46,355 bases of DNA, taken from NCBI GenBank assembly GCA_051439505.1, contig JBFRWI010000038.1, positions 1 to 46,355 of the forward strand. Direction: 5' to 3'. Position 1 is the stretch's first letter. Each line of letters starts with the position of its first letter. The notes below the pieces were generated by a model. The model did no database searches. It worked only from the letters and a program-made list of their open reading frames with translations, and was not told where the DNA came from. This DNA comes from Hormoscilla sp. Its GTDB lineage: Bacteria > Cyanobacteriota > Cyanobacteriia > Cyanobacteriales > Desertifilaceae. The position numbers and the translations under genes were made by a program. Positions 8,501 to 17,460 of the stretch are shown piece after piece.

Positions 8501-11147
8501 TCAATTCCAATACTATTGGCGTGACAAAATCCCCCCAGGAACGAACAAACTCAATCTCAATCGCCTCGAAACCGTCATTGAGCGTGTTTTATACCTACTG
8601 CTTCTCGGCTTCCCCAAACGCCTAAAAGATACTCAAGCCCAATGGTCTGAGAAAATCACCAACGTCCTCAATGCCGACAGACCACAACAACAATCAAACC
8701 CAACCAGCCCCACCACCACCACCGAACCACACACCACAGAGGAAGAAACCAATATTTTTCGGGAAGGTAACGACTTTTGGTCGATCCTCTACGAACTCGA
8801 CCCCGCCAAACGCACCAAAAAAATTCGCGAAGAACTCTACCGGCGCGGCAAACCATTCCGGGACTTCAACGATAAACCCGGCGATCGCGACCTCTGGCAA
8901 ACCCTCGACGAGCTGCGCCACAGCGAACAACAAGAGCTCCAAACCCTCAAACAACAACGGGACGAAGCCGAAATCAAACTGCAAACACTGCTGAAAACCG
9001 AAGGCGATCGCCGCAAACGCATGGCCCTGTTCAAGCCGATCGTTAAGGAACTCGCCACCGCCGCCAAGCTTCCCCAAAAGGATATCGATAAACTCTCCGC
9101 CGCCGGCAACATCGGCAAGCTGCTACGCCAGGCGATCGGCAATGCCGTCAAAACCCCCCTGGGCTTCCTTGCGATCGTTCTCTTCGTCGCCGCCACCGTC
9201 GGAGCGGAGCAAACCGGCGAGATCGTCAACCTCCTGACCGGCGCGATCGTCAACCTAGCAACCGAGATCGCCGACATCCTCGGCCTCGACCTTGCCATTC
9301 GCTACATCCGCGAACTCGGCCTTGTCAGCATCGCGATCGCCATCTTTCCCAAACTCATCAGCTACATCAACGCCGTCAAAGAAGAACGCAGCGCCATCGA
9401 ACTCGACCCCGAGCGCGACATCGGCGAAGAAGGCAAAGAACTCAACGCAAAACTCACCACCCTGCAGCTCCAAGTCAAAGAACAAGAAGAACGGGCCGGA
9501 TTCACTGCCAACCACAGCTCCCTCGTCGATTTCGTCAACGCTCGCCTCAATGCCGACACCTACGGCAAACACCTCGGCCTGATGCAGCAAGTCCGCCGCG
9601 ACCTAGAAGACCTCTCCCAGCGCCTCACCCCCAACGAAACCAACCGCGACCGCCTGAAAGACATCTTCCCCCGAGGCCCCGCCCGCGTGGTCCTGTATAT
9701 CGACGACCTCGATCGTTGCCCGCCCGATCGCGTGGTGGAAGTTCTCGAAGCCGTGCAGCTTTTAGTCAAAACACCACTGTTTATCGTGGTTCTTGCGATC
9801 GACGATCGCTACATCGCCCGGGCCCTCGAACAGGTCTATCAAGGGGTTCTCAAACGCAAAGGCAAACCCTCGGGCATCGACTACCTCGAAAAAATCATCC
9901 AAATCCCCTATCGGATGCGGCCCATTGCGCCCCACGCCGTCAAACACTACCTCGAATCCCAAACAAAAGTTCGAGAGGAAAGCGAAAAACCCGACGACCC
10001 CGCCCAGGGAACAGATCCACCCACCAACGACAAATCCCAAACAGAAGCAAAAACCAAAGAGGAAAGCGAAAAACGCGACGCCAAGTCCGACCCCGACTAC
10101 CCCGTCGAGGGATCCACCAACGACACATCCCAAACAGAGGAAAGCACTGGGAAGAACCTTCCAGCAGAAGCCAAAGAGGAAAGCGAAAAACGCGACGCCA
10201 AGTCCGACCCCGATCTGCTGAACGGAGACCAGGGAACAAATCCACCCAAGGACGTACCCGAATCATCCGCATCGCCCGAACCTGCGATCGAGCAACAAAC
10301 CACCACCGACTCCGAACCCGAACGGGTGTGGTCAAAACCCCCCTCCCAGTCGCCGGATCCCCCCAAACCCCCCTTAAAAAGGGGGGCTTCCGGAAGCCCC
10401 CCCTTTGGCAAGGGGGGGTTTGGGGGGGATCGGGCTGCAACTACTTTTGACCAGACCCAACCTGAACTCCAAACAGTATCCAGCCAAGGGACGCAGCCGA
10501 CTCCTGCTAGGGAAGACACACAACTCCCCATCACCAACCCCCTCGAAACCGTCACCCAGACGGTCGAACTCGATCGCGAAGAATTCGACATCCTGGTCGA
10601 TTGCTGCAAACATGTCGATATCACCCCCCGCACTGCCAAACGCCTGCTCAACATCTACAAAATTATGCAAATCATCTGGGACACCCGCAAAGCCAAGAAC
10701 TCCAACTACCGAACTCTCGAAGCGCAAGATAAACGCACCGTGATGTCGTTCCTGGCGCTGTCAGGACGCTATCCCGAATTTATGCGTCATCTCTTGGAAG
10801 AAATTGATGTTTTGCTTGAAGAACACGTCGGTCAATATGTCGATCGCAAGGACAAATATAACCCACGCCTCTCGATTCCGCTAAATGTCTTGCTGCACGA
10901 CAAACTCAGCTATGCCAAAAACTCACGGGACCCCTACGCCGAACGAGAGTGGAAACGCTTTGAGGGCGATATTAAGCGCATGGTGTCATCATACATACTT
11001 CACATCGATCGCCAAACCTTCGAGCTAATGATCTCCTTCTGCTTCGTTGGCGACATCGGCTACGACCCCGACGATCGCGACATCGAAAACGACACCCCAC
11101 CATCACCGAGGGCCCATCTAAGCTTTGAGGGGGCGCTCCGGGGATAG
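5508..11147 (+). CDS. OAA-family lectin-like domain + WD40 repeats + KAP-family P-loop NTPase
   Basis: RBS AAGGGAGG before ATG 5508. N-terminus matches the OAA pattern (APWQLGGVWEIG..QNVVALQVKSPDEGQTLEGLITYAGEGRIGFRA). 14 WD40 blades. KAP motifs: PLAIGLLGSWGSGKS (Walker A), FNAWTY, VVLYIDDLDRC (Walker B), YLEKIIQIP. Hydrophobic segments lie between Walker A and B. Confidence 0.9.
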   Translation: MARYLCEQQLGGHPAPWQLGGVWEIGAPEEQNVVALQVKSPDEGQTLEGLITYAGEGRIGFRAQRVEGNQYAVENHEGELWVLGDWSQRILELDLQSSDEGQLVGSVVISGQEGTIGFRVLLGEEQIFATLESKVNATAIAPDGRSVVVGCGDGNLYRYDLLTGKALGEPFRGHDRTVLSVGFSPSGEEIVSGGFDGTVRLWSLDGKALGEPFRRQYGRIESVGFSPSGETIVSGGENGTVRLWSLDGKALGEPFLGHNGRVWSVGFSPSGETIVSGGFDGTVRLWSREGKALGEPFRGHYGSVYSVEFSPSGDFIVSGGADGTVRLWSRKGKALGEAFRRHDYSVESVGFSPSGDFIVSGGDDGTVRLWSLEGRAIGAFLGHSGRVSVGFSPRGDAIVSGDKEGAVRLWSLDGKALGEPFGGYESSVYSVGFSPSGDFIVSGGKEAAVRLWSREGKALGAAFRAYDGSVYSVGFSPSGDTIVSGSEHGTVRLWSREVKALGEPFFGHNGSFWSVGFSPSGDTIVSGGADGTVRLWSREGNPLGEPFRGHDGSVESVGFSPSGDTIVSGSEDGTVRLWSREGNPLGEPFRGHDGSVWSVGFSPSGDAIVSGGEDGTVRLWSREGNPLGEPFRGHEGSVESVGFSPSGDTIVSGGSDGTVRLWNKDGKALGEPFRGHEGRVGSVGFSPSGDAIVSGGVDGMWKWINPLFRGEWWVGGRVYSPVVKSVAFLARQNQRQIPQGVRGDRAFGNDSLGVQDELEALAEVLMLRSVSPPLAIGLLGSWGSGKSFGMHLIQQKISAIRAEEINDDLQAWGDPQKPEVASPYVGHIYSITFNAWTYAKDDLWASLMQEIFYELNRQIGLERRLVELFAETKTPSTPEKRAIERFIYQPRAWLGQWFQAQIWRPIRLFALRVGRVVDLAIVQPIWHVLSFLPFLIISFLFNIAFFLVQDVLENQLTGQSGDSSESRSSVTKKLGQASRSLADYLDTQSQALDDYLELQFQYYWRDKIPPGTNKLNLNRLETVIERVLYLLLLGFPKRLKDTQAQWSEKITNVLNADRPQQQSNPTSPTTTTEPHTTEEETNIFREGNDFWSILYELDPAKRTKKIREELYRRGKPFRDFNDKPGDRDLWQTLDELRHSEQQELQTLKQQRDEAEIKLQTLLKTEGDRRKRMALFKPIVKELATAAKLPQKDIDKLSAAGNIGKLLRQAIGNAVKTPLGFLAIVLFVAATVGAEQTGEIVNLLTGAIVNLATEIADILGLDLAIRYIRELGLVSIAIAIFPKLISYINAVKEERSAIELDPERDIGEEGKELNAKLTTLQLQVKEQEERAGFTANHSSLVDFVNARLNADTYGKHLGLMQQVRRDLEDLSQRLTPNETNRDRLKDIFPRGPARVVLYIDDLDRCPPDRVVEVLEAVQLLVKTPLFIVVLAIDDRYIARALEQVYQGVLKRKGKPSGIDYLEKIIQIPYRMRPIAPHAVKHYLESQTKVREESEKPDDPAQGTDPPTNDKSQTEAKTKEESEKRDAKSDPDYPVEGSTNDTSQTEESTGKNLPAEAKEESEKRDAKSDPDLLNGDQGTNPPKDVPESSASPEPAIEQQTTTDSEPERVWSKPPSQSPDPPKPPLKRGASGSPPFGKGGFGGDRAATTFDQTQPELQTVSSQGTQPTPAREDTQLPITNPLETVTQTVELDREEFDILVDCCKHVDITPRTAKRLLNIYKIMQIIWDTRKAKNSNYRTLEAQDKRTVMSFLALSGRYPEFMRHLLEEIDVLLEEHVGQYVDRKDKYNPRLSIPLNVLLHDKLSYAKNSRDPYAEREWKRFEGDIKRMVSSYILHIDRQTFELMISFCFVGDIGYDPDDRDIENDTPPSPRAHLSFEGALRG
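6000..7619 (+). repeat. Coding tandem array of 13 near-identical WD40 units (126 bp / 42 aa; unit 6 is 40 aa)
   Basis: Recurrent TCAGTGGGATTCAGCCCCAGTGG...ATCGTCAGTGG...ACGGTGCGGCTGTGGAG. Confidence 0.95.
10324..10458. mobile_element. MITE (GGGTGTGGTCAAAA family) inserted in frame within the KAP gene
   Basis: TIRs GGGTGTGGTCAAAA / TTTTGACCAGACCC, 9-bp flanking repeat AACCCGAAC / AACCTGAAC; 135+9 = 144 bp keeps the frame. Confidence 0.85.
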
Positions 11148-11213
11148 CAGGGAGCAGGGAGCCCCGATCGGGATGGAGGCAACTCCGCTAACAATAGGAT
11201 ATAAATATATGAT

Positions 11214-11358
11214 GGGTTGCACTGCACCTTTGACATTCGTAGGTTGGGTTGACGTTAGGAAACCCAACAATTATAATGCCAACAACATATCGCGGGTTGG
11301 GTTTCGTGCCTCAACCCAACCTACGAAATTAATATTTTTGCCAATATGCAGTTTACCC
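11214..11358. mobile_element. MITE with 8-bp target-site duplication
   Basis: Ends GGGTTGCACTGCA / TGCAGTTTACCC, TATATGAT on both flanks, internal REP-like pair GTAGGTTGGGTT...AACCCAACCTAC. Confidence 0.8.
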
Positions 11359-11488
11359 TATATGATAGACTTGATAGCATTCATTCTGGAGGAGGCAGAG
11401 CCTCAGAAGACCGTTCCCAGGTAGAACCAGGGAACGAGAGGGACGAGAGGGTAGGTTTTTTCTCTATCACAACTTTAAGAACTTGGTA

Positions 11489-11642
11489 TATAGCAGTTCT
11501 CAAATTGCCGTGATATGCTATTGGGGAGATTGCTTCGGGGGGGGTTCGCTCACAAAGCATTAGTGGATCGCTACGTCCCCCCCCCCCTCGCAATGACAAA
11601 TTGGCGATTTAGCTGTACCACATCAATTTGAGAAACGCTATA
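11489..11642. mobile_element. MITE, TATAGC-ended family
   Basis: TIRs TATAGCAGTTCTCAAATTG / CAATTTGAGAAACGCTATA; internal GAGATTGCTTCG...CTCGCAATGAC module. Confidence 0.8.
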
Positions 11643-11681
11643 ATATGAAAATAGGTAAAGAAATAGATAGGGAAAAATAAC

Positions 11682-13121
11682 ATGCGGGTGGCAATAGTTG
11701 GGGCAGGACTAGCAGGGATGGCGACGGCTGTAGAATTAGCAGATGCTGGCCATGAAGTGGAAATATTTGAATCTCGTCCCTTTGTGGGGGGGAAGGTAGG
11801 TAGTTGGGTAGATGAGTCGGGGAACCATGTGGAAATGGGTTTGCACGTATTCTTCGGTTGCTACTACCAGCTATTCGATCTGATGCAGAAAGTAGGGGCT
11901 TTTGAAAATCTGCTTCTCAAAGAACATATCCATACCTTCGTTAACCGGGGAGGGAAAATAGGCGCATTGGATTTTCGCTTCTTTACAGGTGCGCCTTTTA
12001 ACGGACTTAAGGCATTTTTTACCACGTCTCAGCTGTCTTTAATCGATAAGCTGCAAAATGCGATCGCCCTGGGGACTAGCCCGATCGTGCGGGGTTTGGT
12101 AGACTTTAGTGGAGCGATGAAAACGATCCGGGATTTAGATCGCCTTAGCTTTGCGGACTGGTTTCGCAAGCAAGGGGGATCCTCCGGTAGCCTGAAACGG
12201 ATGTGGAACCCGATCGCCTATGCGTTAGGTTTCATCGACACGGAAAATATATCGGCCCGTTGCATGCTGACGATCTTCCAGTTGTTTGCAGCCAAAAGCG
12301 AAGCATCGGTATTGCGAATGCTGGCAGGTTCCCCCGATGAATACCTGCACAAACCGATATTAAAATATCTGGAAGGGCGAGGGACGAAAATCTACACCCG
12401 CCGGCGGGTCCGGGAAATTATGTTTGCCGAAGAGAACGGAGAAACTAAGGTGACAGGCATGGTAGTTGCCAAAGGGGAGACAGAAGAAACTATAACTGCT
12501 GATGCCTATGTCTGTGCGGGGGATGTCCCCGGTACTCAGCGACTTTTGCCCCCTGCATGGCGCAAATGGCCAGAATTTGACCGTATCTATAAACTAGACA
12601 CAGTGCCAGTGGCCACAGTGCAGCTGCGGTTTGATGGTTGGGTGACAGAGTTGCAGGACGCCGAAAAGCGCTCTTCACTTCGGGAGGCCGCAGGCATGGA
12701 TAATTTGCTTTATACTCCGGATGCGGACTTTTCCTGTTTTGCCGACTTGGCCTTAGCTAGCCCCAAAGATTATTATCGTCAGGGGCAAGGTTCTCTGTTG
12801 CAGCTGGTCTTGACGCCGGGAGATCCCTTTATTAAACAGAGTAATGAGGCGATCGCCCACCATGTCCTCAAGCAAGTCCAAGATCTATTCCCTTCCGCAC
12901 GGGAATTAAACATGACTTGGTATACTGTAGTCAAACTCGCTCAATCACTTTACCGGGAAGCCCCTGGCATGGACCCCTATCGGCCACCGCAGCAAACCCC
13001 AGTAGCTAATTTCTTTCTCGCCGGTAGCTACACCCAGCAAGACTACATCGATAGCATGGAAGGTGCTACTCTCTCTGGGCGTCAAGCTGCAAAAGCAGTT
13101 TTAGCAGCAATCAAAAATTAG
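11682..13121 (+). CDS. zds: Zeta-carotene desaturase
   Basis: [15 protein letters not shown] motif, [26 protein letters not shown]. Confidence 0.95.
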   Translation: MRVAIVGAGLAGMATAVELADAGHEVEIFESRPFVGGKVGSWVDESGNHVEMGLHVFFGCYYQLFDLMQKVGAFENLLLKEHIHTFVNRGGKIGALDFRFFTGAPFNGLKAFFTTSQLSLIDKLQNAIALGTSPIVRGLVDFSGAMKTIRDLDRLSFADWFRKQGGSSGSLKRMWNPIAYALGFIDTENISARCMLTIFQLFAAKSEASVLRMLAGSPDEYLHKPILKYLEGRGTKIYTRRRVREIMFAEENGETKVTGMVVAKGETEETITADAYVCAGDVPGTQRLLPPAWRKWPEFDRIYKLDTVPVATVQLRFDGWVTELQDAEKRSSLREAAGMDNLLYTPDADFSCFADLALASPKDYYRQGQGSLLQLVLTPGDPFIKQSNEAIAHHVLKQVQDLFPSARELNMTWYTVVKLAQSLYREAPGMDPYRPPQQTPVANFFLAGSYTQQDYIDSMEGATLSGRQAAKAVLAAIKN

Positions 13122-13125
13122 CAAG

Positions 13126-13572
13126 ATGACAGATTGGTTAGAACATACAACACAAATAGAGGTAGAAGTTCCCATTGAATTAGCGTGGCACCTCTGGTCC
13201 GATCTAGAACAGATGCCCCGCTGGATGAAATGGATTGAGTCGGTACATATCCTAGAGGAAAATCGGGAGCTATCCAAATGGAAACTGGCCACTGGGGCCT
13301 TCAATTTCAGCTGGTTGTCTCGGATAGAGAAGGTAGTGCCGCAGCAGATCATTCAGTGGGAATCAGTGAATGGCTTACCTAACCGAGGGGCCGTGCGCTT
13401 TTACGATCGTCACGGCAGCAGTATCGTGAAGCTAACCGTTGCTTATGCTATTCCGGGCATTCTCGGTCTAGTGATGGATAACCTGTTTCTGGGTCAAGTA
13501 GTAGAATCTACCCTGAAGGCAGATTTGGAACGCTATCGAGATTACGCTGTTAATCTTCACGCTCAATCTTAA
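13126..13572 (+). CDS. SRPBCC / polyketide cyclase family protein
   Basis: WSDLEQMPRWMKWIESV...WESVNGLPNRGAVRF; the usual zds neighbour. Confidence 0.9.
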   Translation: MTDWLEHTTQIEVEVPIELAWHLWSDLEQMPRWMKWIESVHILEENRELSKWKLATGAFNFSWLSRIEKVVPQQIIQWESVNGLPNRGAVRFYDRHGSSIVKLTVAYAIPGILGLVMDNLFLGQVVESTLKADLERYRDYAVNLHAQS

Positions 13573-13574
13573 GG

Positions 13575-13797
13575 GCTAATTGCGAATGGCTAAGGGCTAA
13601 TTGCTAATTGCTAATGTCTAATTGCTAATGGCTAATTGCTAATTGCGAATTGCGAATGGCGAATGGCTAATTGCTAATTGCTAATTGCTAATTGCTAATG
13701 GCGAATGGCGAATTGCTAATGGCTAATGGCTAATTGCTAATGGCTAATTGCGAATTGCGAATTGCGAATTGCGAATTGCGAATGGCTAATGGCTAAG
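13575..13797. repeat. Heptamer STRR tract GC(T/G)AAT(T/G), about 32 units
   Basis: Directly visible tandem heptamers. Confidence 0.95.
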
Positions 13798-13986
13798 TAG
13801 GTGTGCATTGGTAAACTGAATCATGTCAACTTTGTAAACTTTTGCAAAATAGCTGAAATCCTCTCCTGATGCGAGTTTCAGCTATGTTGATATTCCAACG
13901 AACACAAACTACGAACCGCGCAGCGTTGCGAGGCACGTTAGCGCAGCAGCGTAAGCGTGCGACGCAGGAGCGCTAGCAATCTCGAA

Positions 13987-15009
13987 CTACCGCCCAGGCT
14001 GCCAGGGAATGGTAAAGTAAAAGCTGCTACCTACTCCTCGCCGAGATTCTGCCCAGATCCGCCCCCCGTGGATTTCCACAATCAGCTTGCAGCTGGCTAA
14101 ACCCATACCAGTACCGGGATAATCTGAGGCATCGTGCAGACGTTGAAACATGCCAAAGATGCGATCGAGGTGTTTTCGTGGGATACCGATGCCATTGTCC
14201 TGAACGACAAACTGCCATTGACCATTTTGAGGTGCTGCGGAAACATGGATCTTCAGGGGAACTTCAGGACGACGAAACTTGATAGCATTAGTGATTAGAT
14301 GTTCAAACAAATCTAGCAGTCGGAGTTCATCAGCAATTACCGTTGGTAGATAGTCAAAAGTAAGGCGAGCACCACTTTCCTTGAGCGCCCCGTTGCATAC
14401 AGCTAGTACATCTCTGAGCACTTGGTTGCAGTCAGTTGCTTCAAAATTCCCAGTGCTGAACTTTAGCTGTAAATACAGTAGCAGATCCCCCATTAGTTGC
14501 TGCTTACCAGTTCCCTTACTCCCGGCCCCAGACCTGTTAGCTTCCCCAGGGGACTGGTAGGGATTTTGTGGTAACAGCAGCGGAAGTTCGCCTGTTTGAG
14601 GGGAGACCCTTTCTAATCGCGCTGCGGTCATTTCCAACTGGTCGTGCAATTGCTTGAGCTTCCAGATCTGTTCTGCTATTGCTGCTTCTAGCTGTTGATG
14701 AGCTTGTTGATAGGAGGCCATATCCATTGGTAATTCTGGAAATGGCATTGTCCCAGGAGATTCATCCAATTCCGTCACTAGCTCTGCTATTGTCAATTGC
14801 TCTGTTTCCCTAGTCTCCAGACTCGCCAACCTGTCTTCCATCTCGACAACGCGATCTTCTATCTCCATTTCCTCGGGACATCCCAGATAAGCTGCTATGG
14901 CCCTGGCGATCGCCTTTGACTTGGACCTGCCTGTCTTCTTTGCGAAGGCCACCAGTTTTTCATGCAGTTCTGCCGATATCCGGGCCGCTACTTGGACATT
15001 ATCAGCCAT
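13987..15009 (-). CDS. RHH DNA-binding domain + coiled coil + histidine-kinase-type HATPase domain (no H-box)
   Basis: N-terminal VQVAARISAELHEKLVAFAKKTGRSKSKAIARAIAAYL. C-terminal N box (LITNAIKF), G1 (DNGIGI), F (IFGMFQRLH), G2 (GTGMGL). Confidence 0.8.
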   Translation of the reverse strand: MADNVQVAARISAELHEKLVAFAKKTGRSKSKAIARAIAAYLGCPEEMEIEDRVVEMEDRLASLETRETEQLTIAELVTELDESPGTMPFPELPMDMASYQQAHQQLEAAIAEQIWKLKQLHDQLEMTAARLERVSPQTGELPLLLPQNPYQSPGEANRSGAGSKGTGKQQLMGDLLLYLQLKFSTGNFEATDCNQVLRDVLAVCNGALKESGARLTFDYLPTVIADELRLLDLFEHLITNAIKFRRPEVPLKIHVSAAPQNGQWQFVVQDNGIGIPRKHLDRIFGMFQRLHDASDYPGTGMGLASCKLIVEIHGGRIWAESRRGVGSSFYFTIPWQPGR

Positions 15010-15368
15010 AATTTGATTTTTTATCTAGATTTTTCTCTTCGGAGTCTTTTTTCCGAACTTTAGTCGTTGATTATACCGGAAAATCATATTCTGGCGTTGC
15101 ACATTCCTGGCCCGCCGTGGGTTAAAACCCTAAGGCTTAAGCTTAAGTGGGTTAAAACCCACTAGATGCCTTGTCTAGAAAGCGTTTTTACCTGGTTCCC
15201 TGGCTCTGCCAGGGAACCAGGTATCGAGGCTCTGCCTCTAGTTGCGACAGGTGCAAGATCGCAAGTTTTAACCGACTCTTGATATCGCTTTAAATTAACT
15301 GTAGCATTGTTTTGACAAAATGGGATAACGGAAAATAATACAATAATTGGGGGCGGACTGGTTGGGGC

Positions 15369-15435
15369 CAGAAACCGGGTTTCTTCTGGGAAATCTTGGT
15401 ATGCGTGCCTACATTCTGGCAGAAACCCGGTTTCT
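15369..15435. repeat. Dispersed palindromic repeat AGAAACCGGGTTTC...GAAACCCGGTTTC
   Basis: Further copies at about 24988-25052 and 35510-35569. Confidence 0.75.
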
Positions 15436-15468
15436 CGTTCGTTACTTTCTAGTCATATATTCATCTTC

Positions 15469-16041
15469 TCAATTTTCAATTTTCAATTGCTGCTGACTGC
15501 TGACATAGAGGCGCGATCGCACGGAGTCTAGTAGCAGTTCATCCCGGTACTGCCATCCCCATTCCGGATGCAAGTGAGGGCGCTTGTGAGGGGTGATAAT
15601 TACTAGGGAATCGGCGATCGCACTCAGGTGATATGCTACTATGGGCAGACGAGATGCACTCAGCAAATGCAAAGCAAAGCTACAAATAATTAAACTATAA
15701 TACCTGCCCCAAAGAATTCCAGTGCCAATCTCTTCAAAACTGTATCTTTCTGCTATTTTCCCCGTGCGTTGCCAATAAGCATTATAGGTGTAAGGATCGA
15801 TGCCATCTATGTTATCATATCCCAAGTTATTCAGAGCTAAAGTAACTTCTCCGCTGCCGCAAGCTAAGTCTAATACCTTCTGCAATGAGAGCGGCCATTT
15901 CCGAACCGCAACTTGAATCATCCTGTTAATTGCCGGTTCGTGAGGATTCCTGTAATCATCTCCAAATTGCTGATAAAATCCCGTGACGCTGTATTGTTCG
16001 TATTTCTTTCTGATCGATTGATTATCAATCATCTTCACCAA
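15469..16041 (-). CDS. Class I SAM-dependent methyltransferase
   Basis: VLDLACGSGE motif I; IICSFALHL. Confidence 0.85.
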   Translation of the reverse strand: MVKMIDNQSIRKKYEQYSVTGFYQQFGDDYRNPHEPAINRMIQVAVRKWPLSLQKVLDLACGSGEVTLALNNLGYDNIDGIDPYTYNAYWQRTGKIAERYSFEEIGTGILWGRYYSLIICSFALHLLSASRLPIVAYHLSAIADSLVIITPHKRPHLHPEWGWQYRDELLLDSVRSRLYVSSQQQLKIEN

Positions 16042-16083
16042 CTTTACCCGATCGCTGCTTGTGTACGAACCTGCCTCATGCTG

Positions 16084-17460
16084 CTATTTACCAATGCAAA
16101 ACCGACTAAAGATGCGATCGAGCACTGATTCCGTTACTTCTTCACCGGTGACTTCTCCGAGGGCGTGAATTGCCCCCCGCAAGTCTATGGTCCAAAAATC
16201 TAGGGGTAATTGCTCTTTTATGGTAGCTTTTACTTGTTGCAAGGATTTTTTGGCCCTGGTCAAGGCCGCAGCTTGACGTTGATTAATGGCAAAATCTAAG
16301 TTAGCTGCTTTGATATTACCAGCATTAGCAGCATCCGCGATCGCTTGTTCTAAATCAGCAATTCCCTGGTTTTGGGTAGCGGCGGTCGCGACAACGGCAG
16401 TAATGGCCTTGGGGTAGGATACTCGGTCAAGGGTTTGAACTAGGTCAATTTTGTTGATGACCAGAATTAATGGCCTTTCGCTTACCTGGGAATAGACTGC
16501 TTCATCTTCTGGCGTCCATCCTGCTGCCGCGTCGATCGCCAGTAAGACGAGATCTGCGTTTTTGGCCGCATGGCGCGATCGCTCTACGCCTATCTTCTCC
16601 ACCCGATCGACTGTATCCCTGATGCCGGCGGTATCCAGCACTTGCACTGGAATTCCCCGCACGACTAGCTGAGATTCTACTACATCCCGGGTAGTACCGG
16701 GCAAGTCGGTGACGATCGCCCGATCACTGCGACTCCAAGCATTCAACAAACTGGATTTTCCCACATTAGGGCGTCCGACAATCGCCACCTTTAGCCCGGT
16801 GCGCAATAGTTCCCCTCGATCTGCTGTGGCGAGAATATCGGTTAACTCTGCTGCGATCTCCTCTATACCGGCGATAACAGCAGTTTCATCCAAAGGCGGT
16901 AAATCTTCGTCAAAATCAATCCGGGCTTCGATCTCTGCTAGGATATCTAAACAGCGGTGCCGATATAGCCGGATGGGCTGGGCTAATTTCCCAACTATAC
17001 CAGCTAAGGCAGCTTGGGCCGCCTCGGGCGATCGGGCCCCCACCAAGTCGGCTATACTTTCAGCTTGAGTTAAATCCAGCCGTCCGTGCCAAAATGCTCT
17101 CAGGGTAAATTCTCCTGGTTGCGCCAGTTGGGCCCCCTGTGCTAAACAGAGTTGCAAGACTTGCTGCACCACGATCATGCCGCCATGACAGTGAAATTCG
17201 ATGACATCTTCTCGGGTATAGGATCTCGGAGCCTTCATAATTAGTAACAAGGCTTCGTCTACTAGCTGATTGGTTTGGGGATGACGCAGGTAGCCATAGA
17301 GGATGCGGTGACTTTCCCAAGCTTGTTTTCCCGGTGCGTGAAACAGGGTGCGGGCGATCGCGATCGCCTCCGGTCCGGACACCCGCACTATGCCTATACT
17401 ACCCTGTTGGGGGACCACTGCTGTGGCCACTCCTGCGATCGTGACACCCTGTCTGAGCAT
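16084..17460 (-). CDS. mnmE: tRNA modification GTPase MnmE
   Basis: [26 protein letters not shown] and C-terminal FCIGK. Confidence 0.97.
   Translation of the reverse strand: MLRQGVTIAGVATAVVPQQGSIGIVRVSGPEAIAIARTLFHAPGKQAWESHRILYGYLRHPQTNQLVDEALLLIMKAPRSYTREDVIEFHCHGGMIVVQQVLQLCLAQGAQLAQPGEFTLRAFWHGRLDLTQAESIADLVGARSPEAAQAALAGIVGKLAQPIRLYRHRCLDILAEIEARIDFDEDLPPLDETAVIAGIEEIAAELTDILATADRGELLRTGLKVAIVGRPNVGKSSLLNAWSRSDRAIVTDLPGTTRDVVESQLVVRGIPVQVLDTAGIRDTVDRVEKIGVERSRHAAKNADLVLLAIDAAAGWTPEDEAVYSQVSERPLILVINKIDLVQTLDRVSYPKAITAVVATAATQNQGIADLEQAIADAANAGNIKAANLDFAINQRQAAALTRAKKSLQQVKATIKEQLPLDFWTIDLRGAIHALGEVTGEEVTESVLDRIFSRFCIGK

Noticed and set aside
8668..10743. Numerous alternative-frame ORFs within the KAP gene
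   Set aside because: Low-complexity translations caused by biased codon usage.
5422..11358. 9-bp inverted repeat (GGGTAAACT / AGTTTACCC) bracketing the large gene as a transposon
   Set aside because: The right copy is the end of the 11214-11358 MITE, which has its own TSD; a 9-bp match can be chance.
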